Origin: the human T2T-CHM13v2.0 reference genome, Homo sapiens
DNA: 64,000 nt
Assembly: GCF_009914755.1 (NCBI RefSeq)
Contig: NC_060941.1
Direction: 5' to 3' (one strand)
Shown: positions 42,695 through 64,000 of the stretch, piece after piece
Position numbering within the stretch: the stretch's first letter is position 1
How the letters are laid out: each line of letters begins with the position of its first letter
Program-made: the position numbers and the translations under genes
Notes under the pieces: generated by a model
Told to the model about the DNA's origin: nothing
Databases searched by the model: none
The model's input: the letters and a program-made list of their open reading frames with translations, nothing else

Positions 42695-44075
42695 TTATTT
42701 ATTTAGACAAGATACTTGAGTAATTACATGGTGCAGGAGATGCCAAAGGTACACAGAGAGTGAGATCTGTGGACAGGCAGGGAAGGAAACAAGAGATGTG
42801 GCAATCTTATCTAGGAGGCTTATCAGGACAAGAGGCAGACAGACAGTTTCAAAAAGGAGCTTCTGATTCAGAGTTTGTAAGTGAAGTATGGTAAATCTCT
42901 TAAAAATCTCACCTTTGCAGTAAAATACTTTTTCTCTAAAGAGGAGTGTTGGGAAACGTTAAGCCTCTCCACGTGAGCCAGAAGGTTCCATTTCACCTTC
43001 TTTACACACAACTGGAAGGTAACCCATGCTGTCCATGCTGTTTTGTAAATGAGCTGTTGAACTAACAGTCAAATCCTATATTCTAACAGCCACAAAACAA
43101 AACATAATCAAGGTTTGTTGGATATACTTAGAGAAGGACATGCTCTTATGTCCCAAATGATAACCCTTTTATCATGCTTTTATGGACTAATCTCTATTGG
43201 AAATATGTAACAAATGACCTTTGCCTACTAAAAAAATTTTTTTCTTTGAGACAGGGTGTCGCTTTGTCACCCAGGCTGGAGTACAGTGGCACAATCTTGG
43301 CTCACTGCAGCCTGGACCTCCTGGGCTCAGGCGATCCTCCCGCCTCAGCCCCCCCCAAGTAGCTGGGACTAGAGGCTGGTGTACCATGCCTGGCTAATTT
43401 TTTGGTATTTTTTGTAGAGACAGGATTTTGCTATGCTGCCTAGGCTAGTCTGGAGCTCAAGGGATCTGCCTGCCTTGGCCTCCTGGAGTGCTGGGATTAT
43501 AGGCATGAGCCACCGCACCCAGCCTATGAGATCTTTAAAATGCTCATCGAGCAGCATGCTAGTGGGATTCAGATAGCGTTTGGGTGCATAAATCCACCAA
43601 ATTATATCTTCCTTGAGGCAAAGTATCTCATTCTTCATGAGACCTAGAATGAATCACAGAAACTAAAATTTGGAAAAGACATTTAACAGCATCTTCATTT
43701 ATTGAAAGGAAGAGGGTATGAAGCAACTTCTATGCTAAAGTAAGCCTCTGGAGAGATCTAACCTCTGGAGTGAACCTAGGAGTCCCAAATCCCATTCATA
43801 GTTTCACCCAAGGATTCAAAATAATATTTACTGAGTACTGACTGTGTGGCAAGCATTTTCTATGTTATCTAATTTAATCTTCCTAACAATGCTGTAGAGC
43901 AAGAGTATCCCTGTGCTGCAGACACTTGCTGGAAACTCAGGCTCAGAGAGGTAAAGTGAACTGCCCATGTGGTCATGGAGTGAGGAAATGGTGGAGTCTC
44001 AGTTCAAACCCTGGCCCGATGTCAAGCCCATGTTCTTTCCACTTTCCACATTCTTTCTATTCTGCCTCCCACTAA

Positions 44076-44586
<511 letters not shown>

Positions 44587-45510
44587 CTAAAAAGACACAA
44601 GAGAAGGCTGAGCGCCCACGAGCCTCAAGTTCTTCTCCTTCTCTCTTTTTTTTTTTTCTTATTATAACAACACTTTTATTTTCCAAGTTTCAGTTAATGT
44701 TCCTCTCAGACACAGAATCTAAATGGCCCCAGGAATAATATGACTTTTCATACTGGCACAATCTTAGAAATTTTAAATATTTTACAAGCAATGTTGCTTA
44801 GATATTTCTGAAGGATAAAGTTTCTCAAAGTTACATGGAGAACAGGAGAGAGAAAAGACTATTGGAGATATTTCTGGGAAGAAAATACAAATAACAAATT
44901 TAAAACTTACCACAACCTTTACTCAAATTCATCCCAAGTAATGTTTCTCATATCCATTTTGTAGTCTACCTCTCCAGCTAGTTCAGTTCATTATTGTTTG
45001 TTCATGTTTTATTTTTTATTTTTTAATTTGTTGTTGTTGTTGAGACGGGGTCTCACAACCAGCTCCAGGCTGGTCTGGAACTCCTGAACTCAAGCAATCC
45101 TCCTGCCTTGGCCTCCCAAAGTGTTAGGATTACAGATGTGAGCCACTGCACTGGGCCTTGCTTGTTCATGTCTTTTTTTTTTTTTTTTGAGACAGGGTCT
45201 CACTCTTTCACCCAGGCTGGAGTGCAGTGGCACAATCTCGGTTCATTACAACCTCAGCCTCCCAGGTTCAAGTGATTCTCCTGAGTAGCTGGGATTATAG
45301 GCACGTGCCACCACGCCTGGCTAATTTTTGTACTTTTTAGTAGAGATGGGGTTTCACTGTGTTAGCCAGGCTGGTCTTGAACTCTTGACCTCAAGTGACC
45401 TGACTGCCTCAACCTACCAAAGTGCTGGGATTACAAGCATGAGCCACTGTGCTTGGCCTCTGTTCATGTCTTAAGAGAACCTAAGTGAAACAGTTCTCAG
45501 GGTGAGGTCA

Positions 45511-45762
<252 letters not shown>

Positions 45763-45832
45763 CTACAAAGAAGAAACATAAGATGAAACGTAAGATATAA
45801 GTTGTTCCCCTCAAAGACCAGGGAAAAATTCA

Positions 45833-46060
<228 letters not shown>

Positions 46061-46233
46061 TTAGAGGAAATGTTAGCTACATAACACATACATGTAATCT
46101 TCTCGGACGTATCTCTACAAAATGAAACAAGATCAAACTATCTTCACAGAAAACAGTTCCTAAGAGAACTTTTTTTTTTTTTTTTGTGACGGAGTTTTGC
46201 TCTTGTTGCCCAGGCTGGAGTGCAGTGGCGTGA

Positions 46234-46404
<171 letters not shown>

Positions 46405-46629
46405 TGAACTCCTGACCTCAGGTGATCTGCCCACCTCGGCCTCTTAAAGTGCTTGGATTACAGGTGTGAGCCACCACACCAGGCCCAAGAACTTCCTTAT
46501 ATTCCTTTGCTGATGCCCAGAAGAGGCCAGAAGGGCAAACAGGGATCTGACACAGGAGGCAGAATTCTTTTTTTCCTGTTGCCAGGACATGAGACAAGTA
46601 GCAGGGAATGAGAGGAAGCTGCACAATTA

Positions 46630-47540
<911 letters not shown>

Positions 47541-47790
47541 CTAGGCCCAAACAGCCCAAGCATCACCCCACACACCCGAACCCTGTCCCATCTCCAGGAC
47601 AGCAGCCCCCTTCCTGGGGGAGGTGCACAGGATGGGGGCCAAAGTCTGATTGAGGAACCAGGCTCCCTGGAGAAACAAGAGCTGTCCCAGGATGGAGGGG
47701 GCCTGCTGCAGGAGCCAGCACAGGACGCAGAAGCAGCCGGGATCCCCACCAGCCCCTCCTGCCCTGCCCGCTGGCCGCCCCACACCATTA

Positions 47791-48422
<632 letters not shown>

Positions 48423-50371
48423 TCAGATACTGCATTAAGGGCAAGTCGGGGTTCCTGACAGCCAGGGGGGCCAAGATGAATGGGTGCCCCAGGAGGCGCC
48501 TCTGGGCCCTGCTCGCCAGCCTCCTGACTCTGAGCCGTCCCCTCTGGGGGCACACGGGTGCTGGGGCAGCTGGGGAGGAGGCCTGCCTGCCTCCTGCCCG
48601 CCTGCCTCACAGGGCTGCCAGCCCTCTTCTCGCGGCCCAGCATGGGTCCAGGCTGTCTGGGGTGTAAGTGTGCCCATGCCCTTGACTGCAGGTGAACCTG
48701 GGCAAATCGCTTTCCTTTCCTGTGCCTTGGCTTCCCCACGTGTAAAACGGGAGATTCTCGGCACCTGCCTCAGTGGGGTGCATTAAGATTAAATACATGA
48801 GGACATGGAAGATGCCAGAAAGCTGCCTGACATGGGTGAGCTCTGTGTGAGGTTCGTGCTTCTTGGTTAACGGGGAACAGGACAGAGAGAAGAGGTGACA
48901 GAGACAAGCAGCTGCTCGGCCCCATCCCTCCCGCAGCAAGGCCTCTTCAGGGAAACCCAGCCCCGGCGGCTCTGTCTAGTCCCTGAGCACAGCAGTCCCT
49001 CCTCAGGGGAGGATGAGATTCTTGAGAGGCTGGAAGGGGCCCAGCATGTTTGTCCAGGTGAGCTCACTGTGAACCCAGCCAACCAACCAGGGAACACGGA
49101 CAGACAGACAGACCGCAGAGGGAGAGCATGTCCAGGGCCACTGGGGATGCAGAGCCACCAAGATTCTCTCAGGAAAGGGAGGCCGAAGGGAGGCGGCTTC
49201 CCTCCACACCATCTGTGAGGAGTCTCATTGATGGCGGGACAGGGAGTAAGTTAGGCCTCATTACCTTTTAAAAATTATTATGAAATAGGTAAGACACAGG
49301 GAACGTGGAACACAGGAGCACCTGTGTATCAATAACCCAGGCTAAGAAAGTAAACATGTCCACAGTTACAACCACCACCGCAGGCCCACCCCACCCTCCC
49401 AGCGACAGCCCGTCTCCACCACACTGGGACTATTAATCCCTTCCCATCACCTTCTCAACAGCCCAGAGTCCTTGCTTGAGCTGAGTCAGAAGATGCGCGC
49501 ACCAGCATGTCTTGGTCGAGCTCCTGGCTGGCCCCTGAGGGCCATGTCACTCTGACCCCAGCCCTGACCCATGGGATGCACAAGCTGGGACAGACAAAAG
49601 CAACTCTATGTAGCCAGGAACAGCCCAGAGCTAGAACTCAGAAATATGGCTCCAATCTCACTGCAGGTATCGAGCAGGAAGAGGATCATCCAGGGACGGA
49701 CAGATCCAAGGTATCTGCACGGCTACCTCAGGAATCCTGCCCAGCCACAGGGAGGGTGGTGGTGATCCCAACACCTGGGCCCAGCCTTCCTATGCAAGGG
49801 ACCCACTTAGGGCTCTCCTGGAAATTTGCAGAAGCTTTTGGGAAGGAGGCCAGGGAGACGGGAAGCAATTTCCCTACTCCACTGGAGGCAGCTGAGCCTT
49901 CCCTGGCAAAAGCAGATCAATAGTCTGTGTTTCTGCTGAGTGAACTTGACAAATGGGACTGAGAAGACACTGCGTGATAGATCCAAACCCAACCTGAATC
50001 CAAACCTAATCCGCCACCATGCACAGGAAACAGAAAAGCCAGGCACGGGATCAGAAATACTGTTGACAGTCTAAGGACTTGGGTAGGAATAGCCATCCCA
50101 AATCTTCCGTTTCCATTCTCTGAAGGAGCTGCCCTTCTTCTAGGGCCAGTCTAGGATGGATTCAGATAAAAAAGGAAGACAGGCTAGAATCATCCTGTCA
50201 ACCTTTACTCAATAACTGTTATGTTTCAGGCATTGTGCTGGCCTCAGGGTACAGAGATAAAAGATATAGTCCCTTCTCAAAGATTTATATTCCAGTGGAG
50301 AAGATAAAGAGTAAATAAGTAGTATCACTATAGACATAAAATGGAACCTACATACATGGAATTAGAGGAGC

Positions 50372-50697
50372 ATGTGCTGTGTGTGTGTGTGTGTGCTGTG
50401 TGTCTATGTGTGTGTGGTGTGTATGTGTGGTGTGTGTGTGTGCTATGTGTGGTGTGTGTGTGCTGTGTGTGGTGTGGTGTGTGTGTGCTGTGTGTGGTGT
50501 GGTGTGTGTGGTGTGGTGTGTGTGTGCTGTGTGTCTGTGTGTGTGCTGTGTGTGGTGTGTGTGTGCTGTGTGTGTGCACTGTGTGTCTCTGTGTGCTGTG
50601 GGGGGTGTGTGTGCTGTGTGTGTGTGTGCTGTGTGTGTGATGTGTGTGGTGTGTGTGTGTGCTGTGTTGTCTGTGTGTGCTGTGTGTGTGTGTGTTT
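50372..50697. repeat. Compound (TG)n repeat with TGC/TGG interruptions, ~325 bp
   Basis: Direct read; generates the CV/HT-rich spurious ORFs. Confidence 0.95.
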
Positions 50698-51180
50698 GGA
50701 GGGGCTGGGTGGTTGAGCCAAGGCTTCTCTGAGACTGAGCTGGGCATGGAAGCAGAGAGGAAACTATTAAAGCTCAAACTGCCAAACTGCTACAGGGTCA
50801 AAAGGGGGCGCTGGTGGGGCTCCACAGCCTCACCACAGACTGAAGCTCTCTGTGCCCCAACTACTAAGCAGGATTTATACCAGGCTAGGGAAGCTCTGTC
50901 CATAAGGGCTACCTAAGGGGCGTTAAGTGTACTCTGTTTCAGGAAGACCTCTGTGAATAACTGCATAGAACATTAGAAATCATATACAGGTCCTTAGTAC
51001 TTACACGTACCTGCTTAGAAAGGTTTCTTTTCCCCCTTAGAGATAGGGTCTTACTATGTTGCCTAAGCTAGTCTGAAACTACTGGCCTCAAGTGATCCTC
51101 CTGCCCTGGCCTCCCAAAGCACCAGGATTACAGGTGTGCAAAACCACTCCCAGCTTAGAATTTTTTTTTTTTTTTTTTGA

Positions 51181-51482
<302 letters not shown>

Positions 51483-51861
51483 TAATTATATAATTTCCTA
51501 TTTATCATTTCAATAAAGCTCCACTTATAATATGCCTACTATATACAAAAGTATTGTTTGCTAGTATTTATTTAGACTGTGAGCTCCTTCTCAAAAGAAG
51601 AAATGTCTTCCCTGGCAGCTCAGAAGCTCCCTGGATGTGGGGACCTGAGTGAGATATGCACTTAAGCGGGGGGTCCTGTCATCTCCCCTTCCTAAATCTC
51701 ATCCTCTCAGCACTGTCTTCAATGCAAATAAGTCCCTGCTACTCAGAGAAAGGTCGCTGCCTCCGAATGGAAAGTGTGCTTTCTCCCAACCCCACCAGAG
51801 CTGCTTTCCAGTCCCCAGGCCCAATCCTCAAGTTGCACAATGTGCCTCCACCGCGCCTCAC

Positions 51862-52036
51862 CTTGGATCCTCAGGCTCTCCTGGTACTGGATGATGAAGT
51901 ACTCCTGAGTCTGCTGCAGCTTTTTTAACTCATTCTCTGTGTCCTGCGTGACCAGTCGCAGCTCCTCAAACGTCTGGTTGATCTGGAGGTGTTTCTGGGA
52001 CATGGCATCAGCAAGGCTTCCAGCTGGAGAGCTACC
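51862..52036 (-). CDS. STAT5B: STAT5B exon 5 (coiled-coil)
   Basis: 175 nt; [58 protein letters not shown]. Confidence 0.97.
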
Positions 52037-53246
52037 CTGGGAACATATGGGGGGCAGTGCAAGGCAGTGCGAATGGGAGGAAGACTGAGGCCTTAATCCC
52101 CAGGAAAAGCCAGCTCCTACAACCAGGGTAAGACCCCAAAAGGTAAATTTTGAGTCGGGAGGAAAAGCAAACGTCATCATGAGACACAGGGTGGAGTGGG
52201 AAAAGTGAGAAACAGGTGAGCGGACAGATCATGGCTCAGATCACAAAGCATGGGAGAAGCTTCCATTTCAGATCTGACCTCCACCAGAGTATTCCAAACG
52301 AGGTCCATTGAATTACCTTTGGAGAAACTAGAACGTAACCTGGTCCAGTGTCACCTGGGTTTTCCTACTAATGAGGAGGTGGAGTGATTCCTCTTCCACT
52401 CACTGACCCAATGCAAGGACGGCATTAAGCATTAGGGAGGCCATGGGGAGCAGGGCCATGTGAACACACATCATCTGTGTCCTCACTCAAGATATTCTCG
52501 TGATGGAATCATTTGCTTCCACCATGGAAGAGGCCAAACCTCTTGCAGGCATCCTGGAGACCCCAGGGTGAAGTGATGGGGGAGGCATAAACAAGGTCTC
52601 TGTGGACCCAGCCCTGTAAGTGACCTGATCAGACCACTCCTTCCACACCTGATTCAGGGGCTAGGGAAAAGTCTTTCCTAAGTATTCTCACCTGAATATG
52701 AGCATGCCTTTACTAAAAAATTATTCAGCTGAGGTTGAATTACTTTGCACTTGTTCACATTGTCTTGTGGTTGCAATCTCATCAAGGTTATAAATCAGTT
52801 AAGATCAGAGACCACATCTTCTATTTCATTTTTTTTTTTTTGAGACAGGGTCTCACTCCATCACCCATGAGTGCAGGGGTGCGATCATGGCTCACTGCAG
52901 CCTCTACCTCCTGGGCTCAAGGGATCTTCCCACTTCAGGTTTTCGAACAGCCAGGACTACAGGCATATGCCACCATGCCCAGCTAATTTTTTTGTATTTT
53001 TGGTAGAGACGGGGTTTCATCATGTTGCCCAGGGTGCTCTCGAACTCCTGGGCTCAGGCAATCTGCCTGCCTCAGCCTCCCAAAGTGCTGGGCTGCACTC
53101 AGTCAAGTCTCCTATTTCTTTTGTGCCCCTTAGGATGAAGCTCTCTTTAAAGAGACACCAATAGTGCACCCTGAGTCACCTTGACAAAGGTGGGTCCAGA
53201 GGGAGGTGGGTAAGAAAAGACTTCCCGACTGCCCTCCCCATCCCTA

Positions 53247-53820
<574 letters not shown>

Positions 53821-54000
53821 TAATTTGCCTAAAGTATCCGGGGAACATTCTTAAAAACGGAATAAATAAGTTTTAAAAGCCTCGCAAGAGGAGAAACTGG
53901 ATGCCACTCTCAAATGGGCAATCAAAACTACTACCACCAATGAGGGGACGAGGGACACTGCCCCCCTCTGGATGTGATACCCGAGAAGGACAAGTCACCT

Positions 54001-54306
54001 ACAATTGTCCCTTGGCATCTGTGGGGGCTGGTTCCAGGACCCACTTGGATACCAAAATCTGCAGATGCTCAAGTTCCTTATATAAAATGGCATCGTTTTG
54101 CATAGAATGCATACAATCCTCCCATACACTTTAAACCACCTATAGATTGCTTATACTATCTAATACAAAAGAAATGCTATGTAAATAGCTGTTCTGTCAT
54201 ATCTTTATTTCTATTTGTTTTTACTTTTTTTCTTTTCCTGAATATTTCTGAGCTGCGGTTGGTGGAATCAGGATGCAGAACCCATGGACATGGACAGCCA
54301 ACTATA
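54001..54306. mobile_element. MER2-like (Tigger) DNA transposon
   Basis: gtcccttggcatctgtggggg...ggttccaggac...cccatggacatggacagccaacta; terminal inverted similarity. Confidence 0.7.
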
Positions 54307-54339
54307 TTTAGAAGTCTGCTCGGAGATGTGCAATGTTAA

Positions 54340-54790
<451 letters not shown>

Positions 54791-54962
54791 TAAAGAGACA
54801 TGATGACTAGATGCAATATGTGATCTTGGGCTGGATTCTGGACTGCAGCGGGGAAAAATACCCTAAAGGACATGTTTGAATTAGTTGACAAAATGGAAAT
54901 CCAGATGAGTACCTAAAAGTATTATATCAATGCTAAATTTAGTGAAGTTGATCAGTGTATTA

Positions 54963-56191
<1,229 letters not shown>

Positions 56192-57128
56192 TTACATAAT
56201 CTGTATACATACATGCACGTGAGCCTGTATAAATACAGCCTCAACACATCCTACTTTTTCTTCAACTAAAGTGATGTTTTTAATCCTCACTGCAAATTTT
56301 AAGAAACAGCCCAACAGAAATGGACTCAATGCCTATGTTAATCTATTTGTAATTTACTAAATAGTTGGATTATACAGTAGATTTCCTTCTTTTAAAAAAA
56401 AAAATTTTTAACAATGTGCTGCCCTTCTTCCTTTCTCTCAATGATGTGCTTGGTGCTTATGCTATTTGCTCCGAGAAATGCAAGGAAAAGGAAAGGGTTC
56501 TGTGTACTCTGAAGGAAATAAGGACTTGGATAATTTCCTATTTATAGTTACCCCTCATGGGTGTAAAGGAGGCACAAGGCCAAGACTCTTCTACATGTCC
56601 TTTCCAGCCTCAAGGAGTTTGGTATCTGTGGGTTTCTTAGGTAGAGACAGGTGAAACAAGTTATTGCTATTTCTAAGAAGCCCTGGAAATGAGACATTCA
56701 GGCAGAGGGTGCCTACAAGAATTTATACGAGTCAGACATTCATGTCACTAGTTGCAGACCCAGGACCTGAAGGCAATGCCAACTTTTCCAGTAAACAAGG
56801 AAAACCACGCTACAGACTTTGCATTGATTTCAAGCTACTGAACTGGTGACGGGGGTTGGATGGTCTCCCTCCCTCCTTTCTTTCCTTCTTTCCTTCTTTC
56901 CTTCCGTTCCTTCCTTCCTTTCTACTACTTAGGCAACAATTGACACTGGGAAGTACCAAATTACTTACTCACTGAAGAAACCAAACAGCTGTCGGACTGA
57001 AATAACATTCAATAACTGCTGACTGGGTCTGGAGCCAAACAAGATAGTGGTAGCTAAAAGGCTCTGCCATCCCTAAATCCCTGAAGATAGCAACTAATTT
57101 CAAAAAAGAGGCACCAACAAGTGTATCA

Positions 57129-57511
<383 letters not shown>

Positions 57512-57591
57512 TTAAGGCAAGTCAGATTCTAAATATGTGTGCCCTATGTATTAAATAGAATACGTATTAAATGAAAGGCTGGAAGGAATGA

Positions 57592-57954
<363 letters not shown>

Positions 57955-58160
57955 TAAAAGGATCCAGTCTCTGAGCAAAACTCACAGAAGTCAGGTATTG
58001 GTTCTTTACTTGAAACCTTAATTCTCTGTTAAAAAAAAAAAAGACTTGCTTAGATGGCTTAAACATAAAGAACTAAAGATTTGGCTGGGCCCGGTGGCTC
58101 AAGCTTTTAATCCCAGCACTTTGGGAGGCCGAAATGGGCAGATCACAAGGTCAGGAGTTA

Positions 58161-58382
<222 letters not shown>

Positions 58383-59090
58383 TCATTAAAATCTTTATAT
58401 TCTGAAGAAAACCAAAGCTAAAAAATTTCAAGTTTTCCTTAATATCAACACAAGTCTTTTAATTCATTCAGTGAGAACACCAAATGAGAACTCTGCTAAG
58501 TGAAATCTGAAATTAACAGCAACTTCCTACTCATGTTTTTCTAAATCCTCCACATCAGAAAACAGGAGAGAAAATGAAAAGGGAGTGGAAAGCACTAAAC
58601 GAGGTACAGCTGACATTCTCATATTTAGCTAATTTTTTTCCCTCACTTAATTACATGAAGTTGAGTTTTTTTTTAATTGCCTAGAAAATTGCCTTTCTTT
58701 GGTGATCTTTAGTTTCTGAACAGAAATTTGCTACTAACACGCATTGCGATTATTCTAAGGCAACATTACAGACAGGTATATGGCCCTTTGCAAATAGCAG
58801 CATCAAAGCTGGTTCTCTCAGGGACTGTCAAAGAGGACCCATGGCTAAGACGGTGAGGCTTGAAGTATCAAATGAATATGTCAGATCGACTGACAGACTG
58901 TAACCAACCAGCAACCTCCCAGACCTTGAGCAGAGCAGTGTACATCCTGCTGCCTGGTGTGTAATAATGATACCAATTAAAAACCTGTGCTGTTAGTCGA
59001 CTGCACTGTACTAATTCTAAAAGAAATTTAAAACAACTCTCCCCTCCCCCAAGTATGTAATCAGTAATCTGGAAAATAAAGAAAAATTAA

Positions 59091-59435
<345 letters not shown>

Positions 59436-59683
59436 TGAGCCACAACACCCACTCAATTTTCTTTTAGTCTTTATGTGTATATATAAAATACATATAAATT
59501 AAAAACACCAATGTCTCCACTGTTAAATTATTAATTTTTAGTTTTTTGTTAGATGTAAACTTATTAAGAAATGTAAAATAATTTATATTTAATAAACTAT
59601 AAGAAATAAATTATAATTAAATTATATGCATATTCACACCTATCTGCCCCATTAAACACTAAATTATTATTATTATTTTTTGA

Positions 59684-60140
<457 letters not shown>

Positions 60141-60490
60141 TAAATTCTACTACTTAGGACACTGCTAGGCATCCCATGGGCACTCGAAACATATTTGTTG
60201 GCTGCTCTTTCTTAGCAGTAATATTCTAATGCTTTTAGACAGTATTTACTATTAAAGGGGAACAAATCCTGTTTTAAAAATCCCAAGAGTTATTCCATCC
60301 CCTCAATCTAAGATGGGCTTAAATACCTTTCACCTATAAAAAGAAAAAAAATTTTAAATACCTTTTTATGGATCACATTTAAAAATGTTTAAAAATACAA
60401 CTTTGAAAGTTGCCATCATGACATCTTTCTAAACAAACTCCAATATTCTTGTGTTTCACAAAATATGATGCAAACATCCTTGTTCACCTA

Positions 60491-60622
<132 letters not shown>

Positions 60623-61321
60623 TTACAATCTGTTGAACAAACAATCAGTGCTTTGGGCGTTTTTTCTTTATTTTCCCCTTACATCCACCAGAGTAAATAT
60701 TCACTTAGTTACCAAGGTAAATGTTTTTATTTTATTATTTATTTTTATTTTTATTTTTTTGAGACAGTCTCGCTCTGCCACCCAAGCTGGAGTGCAGTGG
60801 CACAATCTTGGCTCACTACAACCTCCGCCTCCCCGGTTCAAATGATTCTCCTGTCTCAGCCTCCTGAGTAGCTGGGATTACAGGGGCACACTACCATGCT
60901 TGGTTAATTTTTGTATTTTTAGTAGAGATGGGGTTTCACCGTGTTGGCCAGGCTGGTCTCGAACTCCTGACCTTAAGTGATCCTCCCACCTCAGCCTCCT
61001 AAAGTGCTGGGATTACAGGCGTGAGCCACCACGTTTGGCCAAAGTAAATGTTTTTAGCCCTTTTGGTAGACTAAAGACAATATTCTTGAACTGAATTTTA
61101 ACTTTAAAATGTTTTCAAAATGTAGACACTCAGCCTGGCCATGGAAAGATACACAGCTGGGTCTATGAAGCTCTGACTATGAAATGTACTAAGGTCTTAT
61201 AAGCAAAAGTACAAAAGGAGAATTAGGGAAAGAATTGCTAACTTTGACATCGTAGACATATTCTTTACTTTTGTTCAAAATTGTCAGCCATGGTAAGCAG
61301 CATTTCAACAGTAATAAATAA

Positions 61322-61658
<337 letters not shown>

Positions 61659-63196
61659 TAGATTTGGTATTTTGACTTCAGAAATATAATAAACATATGC
61701 CATTTTGAAAAAGCCCAGTAAAAGAAAAGTGAAAATATCTGAAGTGTTGATTGAACCCTATGCATTATCACTAGTTACCTAAGCAGCAATGCTTTGCACA
61801 CAAAGAGCACAGATTTATCTGGAAAAATGCCCGAAGGTTCACCTCCTGAGTTACTGCTAAGGAATTTATGAAGCAATGTTGTTAAATTATAGCATTTACA
61901 AATCTTTCAGACACAAAAACAATACATTCCACCTAAGAGTTGGAAATATGAACCATTATACTCCAATAGCAGGTAGTTTCTTTTTTTTTTTTTTTAATTT
62001 GAGACGGAGTCTTGCTCTGTTGCCCAGGCTGGAGTGCCGTGACGCGATCTCAGCTCACTGCTAGCCCCGCCTCCCGGGTTCACGCCATTCTCCTGCCTCA
62101 GCCTCCCGAGTGGCTGGGACTACAGGCGCCCGCCACCACGCCCGGATAATTTTTTGTACTTTTAGCAGAGATGGGGTTTCACCGTGTTAGCCAGGATGGT
62201 CTCGATATCCTGACCTTGTGATCCGCCCACCTCAGCCTCCCAAAGTGCTGGAATTACAGGTGTGAGCCACTGCACCCAGCCGGTAGTTTCTTTTTTTAAC
62301 ATGCTCTTGATTTTTTAAAGAAAGGCTTTATAAAACTACCATGATGCCCCCCTCAGACTCACCTGACAATTTTTAACTCATCTGGCAGATGCTCTTTGAG
62401 TTTAACCAGATTAGGGCAGAAACATTTGGGTAGACTGGGAAGGGACTTCAGGTAACTCTAAGGACTGAAAATGAATCTTGCTCTAACACTATTTTCCATA
62501 ATGTAGAGTTTGGTATAAGGCAGGGTTATCTTGAATTCCATCCCACATGATTTGGCTACTGATTTGCACAATTCTTCTAAGAACTAGGTTACAGTTAGGG
62601 GCCGGTGACTTGGACTTGGATTTTGTTTACTACCAGAGACTGTACAAGTGTGTCAGGAAATAAAAATCTCTTCTGTTAGTTGTAGTTGTCTGATCACGTA
62701 ACACTGGGCTATTTATGGGACAAGTCAGTTAGCCAACAATGAGGTGTAGGGGAGTGCCAGTTATCTATTTTAGACTAGTGCAATGCTATAGAACACTTGA
62801 GAAGTGTATTATTTAGGGCTTTTAGGCATTAAGGCTGGGATCACTGTAGACCCAATTTGACCCAAGACATCAAATTTCAGTGGTTGTGAGTTCACCAAAA
62901 CACTTAGATAAAAGAGCTCTCTCCAGAAGCAATTCCACTTTATAATCAAACACTGGAAGTCACTTAACTGCACAATGTATTTTTTAATCAAATAAATCAT
63001 ATCGCAAGATTTTGGAAAACCAGAACAGATACCAAATCATGATTTTTGGATGAAGGATAAGGAATGGATGGCCAGGCATGGTGGCTCACGCTTGTAATCC
63101 CAGCACTTCAGGAGGCTGAGGTGGGTGGATCACCTGAGGTCAGGAGTTCGGGACAAGCCTGGCCAACATGGCGAAACCCCGTCTCTACTAAAATTA

Positions 63197-63400
<204 letters not shown>

Positions 63401-64000
63401 TTAAGTATATGGAAGAGTGATAAAAGAATGAAGAGAAGAATCTAGGTGTTAGTATTCCTAAGTAGTAAAGAGTAAGAAGTAGGCCCTCACCATAGCTCTC
63501 AATGAATATGTGAGTGATACCAACAGATACAAAAATTCTCTTGCATCTGCATTCATTAGGTGAATTGACTTCAGAGACAAAAGAAGGAAAGCTATGAAAA
63601 CTTTTATCTCCCCAGAGACTCCTTCCCAGCCCACTCAAATAAAACGGCATTCTGGTCACTCTCTATCCTCTTAATCTGCTTTATTTTTCTTATCATTTAT
63701 CAATTCCTGATATTGATCATATATTTGCTTACTGACTTCCCACCAGGGTGAAATCACCATGAACACAATGACTTTGTTTTGTTCACCGTGCTTTCTCCTG
63801 GGTCTAGAACGGTACCTGGCACATAAGCATCATAATTTTTTTGTTGCATAAATAAATGTATACACACAATTTGACCGATTCTATTGGCTCTTTTCAAAGT
63901 TATAATTGAACAATATATCAGTATGAAACACCAAGGCATGAAAATGGAACAGATTTCCATTTAAATAATCAATTACAATTTTTTTTTTTTTTGAGACGGA

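Noticed and set aside
50328-50777. Cys/Val-rich and His/Thr-rich ORFs resembling metal-binding proteins
   Set aside because: Translation of the TG/CA compound repeat

Overview
Human (or near-identical great-ape) genomic DNA from the chr17q21.2 STAT5B locus. Four protein-coding genes lie in tandem, all on the minus strand. In window order they are: KCNH4 (Kv12.3/ELK1 K+ channel; coding exons 1-7 only, gene runs off the left edge), HCRT (prepro-orexin/hypocretin, 2 exons, 131 aa), GHDC (GH3-domain protein, 8 coding exons, 530 aa) and STAT5B (18 coding exons, 787 aa, ~2.5 kb 3'UTR; non-coding first exon not identified here). Exon boundaries were read from GT/AG sites and sum to intact frames. 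The rest is dense in Alus, with MIR, L2, L1, LTR and DNA-transposon fragments and microsatellites, which explain most ORF-track entries. I found no evidence of a wholly new multi-gene system. The best unexplained observations are: (1) the heptapeptide QKTCSCR shared by orexin-A and the neighbouring KCNH4 PAS domain; (2) an exact 45-nt copy of an intronic Alu junction in the STAT5B 3'UTR; (3) degenerate GH3 catalytic motifs in GHDC; (4) an RE1/REST site in KCNH4 intron 1; (5) a probable LTR-supplied GHDC poly(A) signal; (6) several small local duplications. Repeat boundaries and subfamily names are by-eye estimates.
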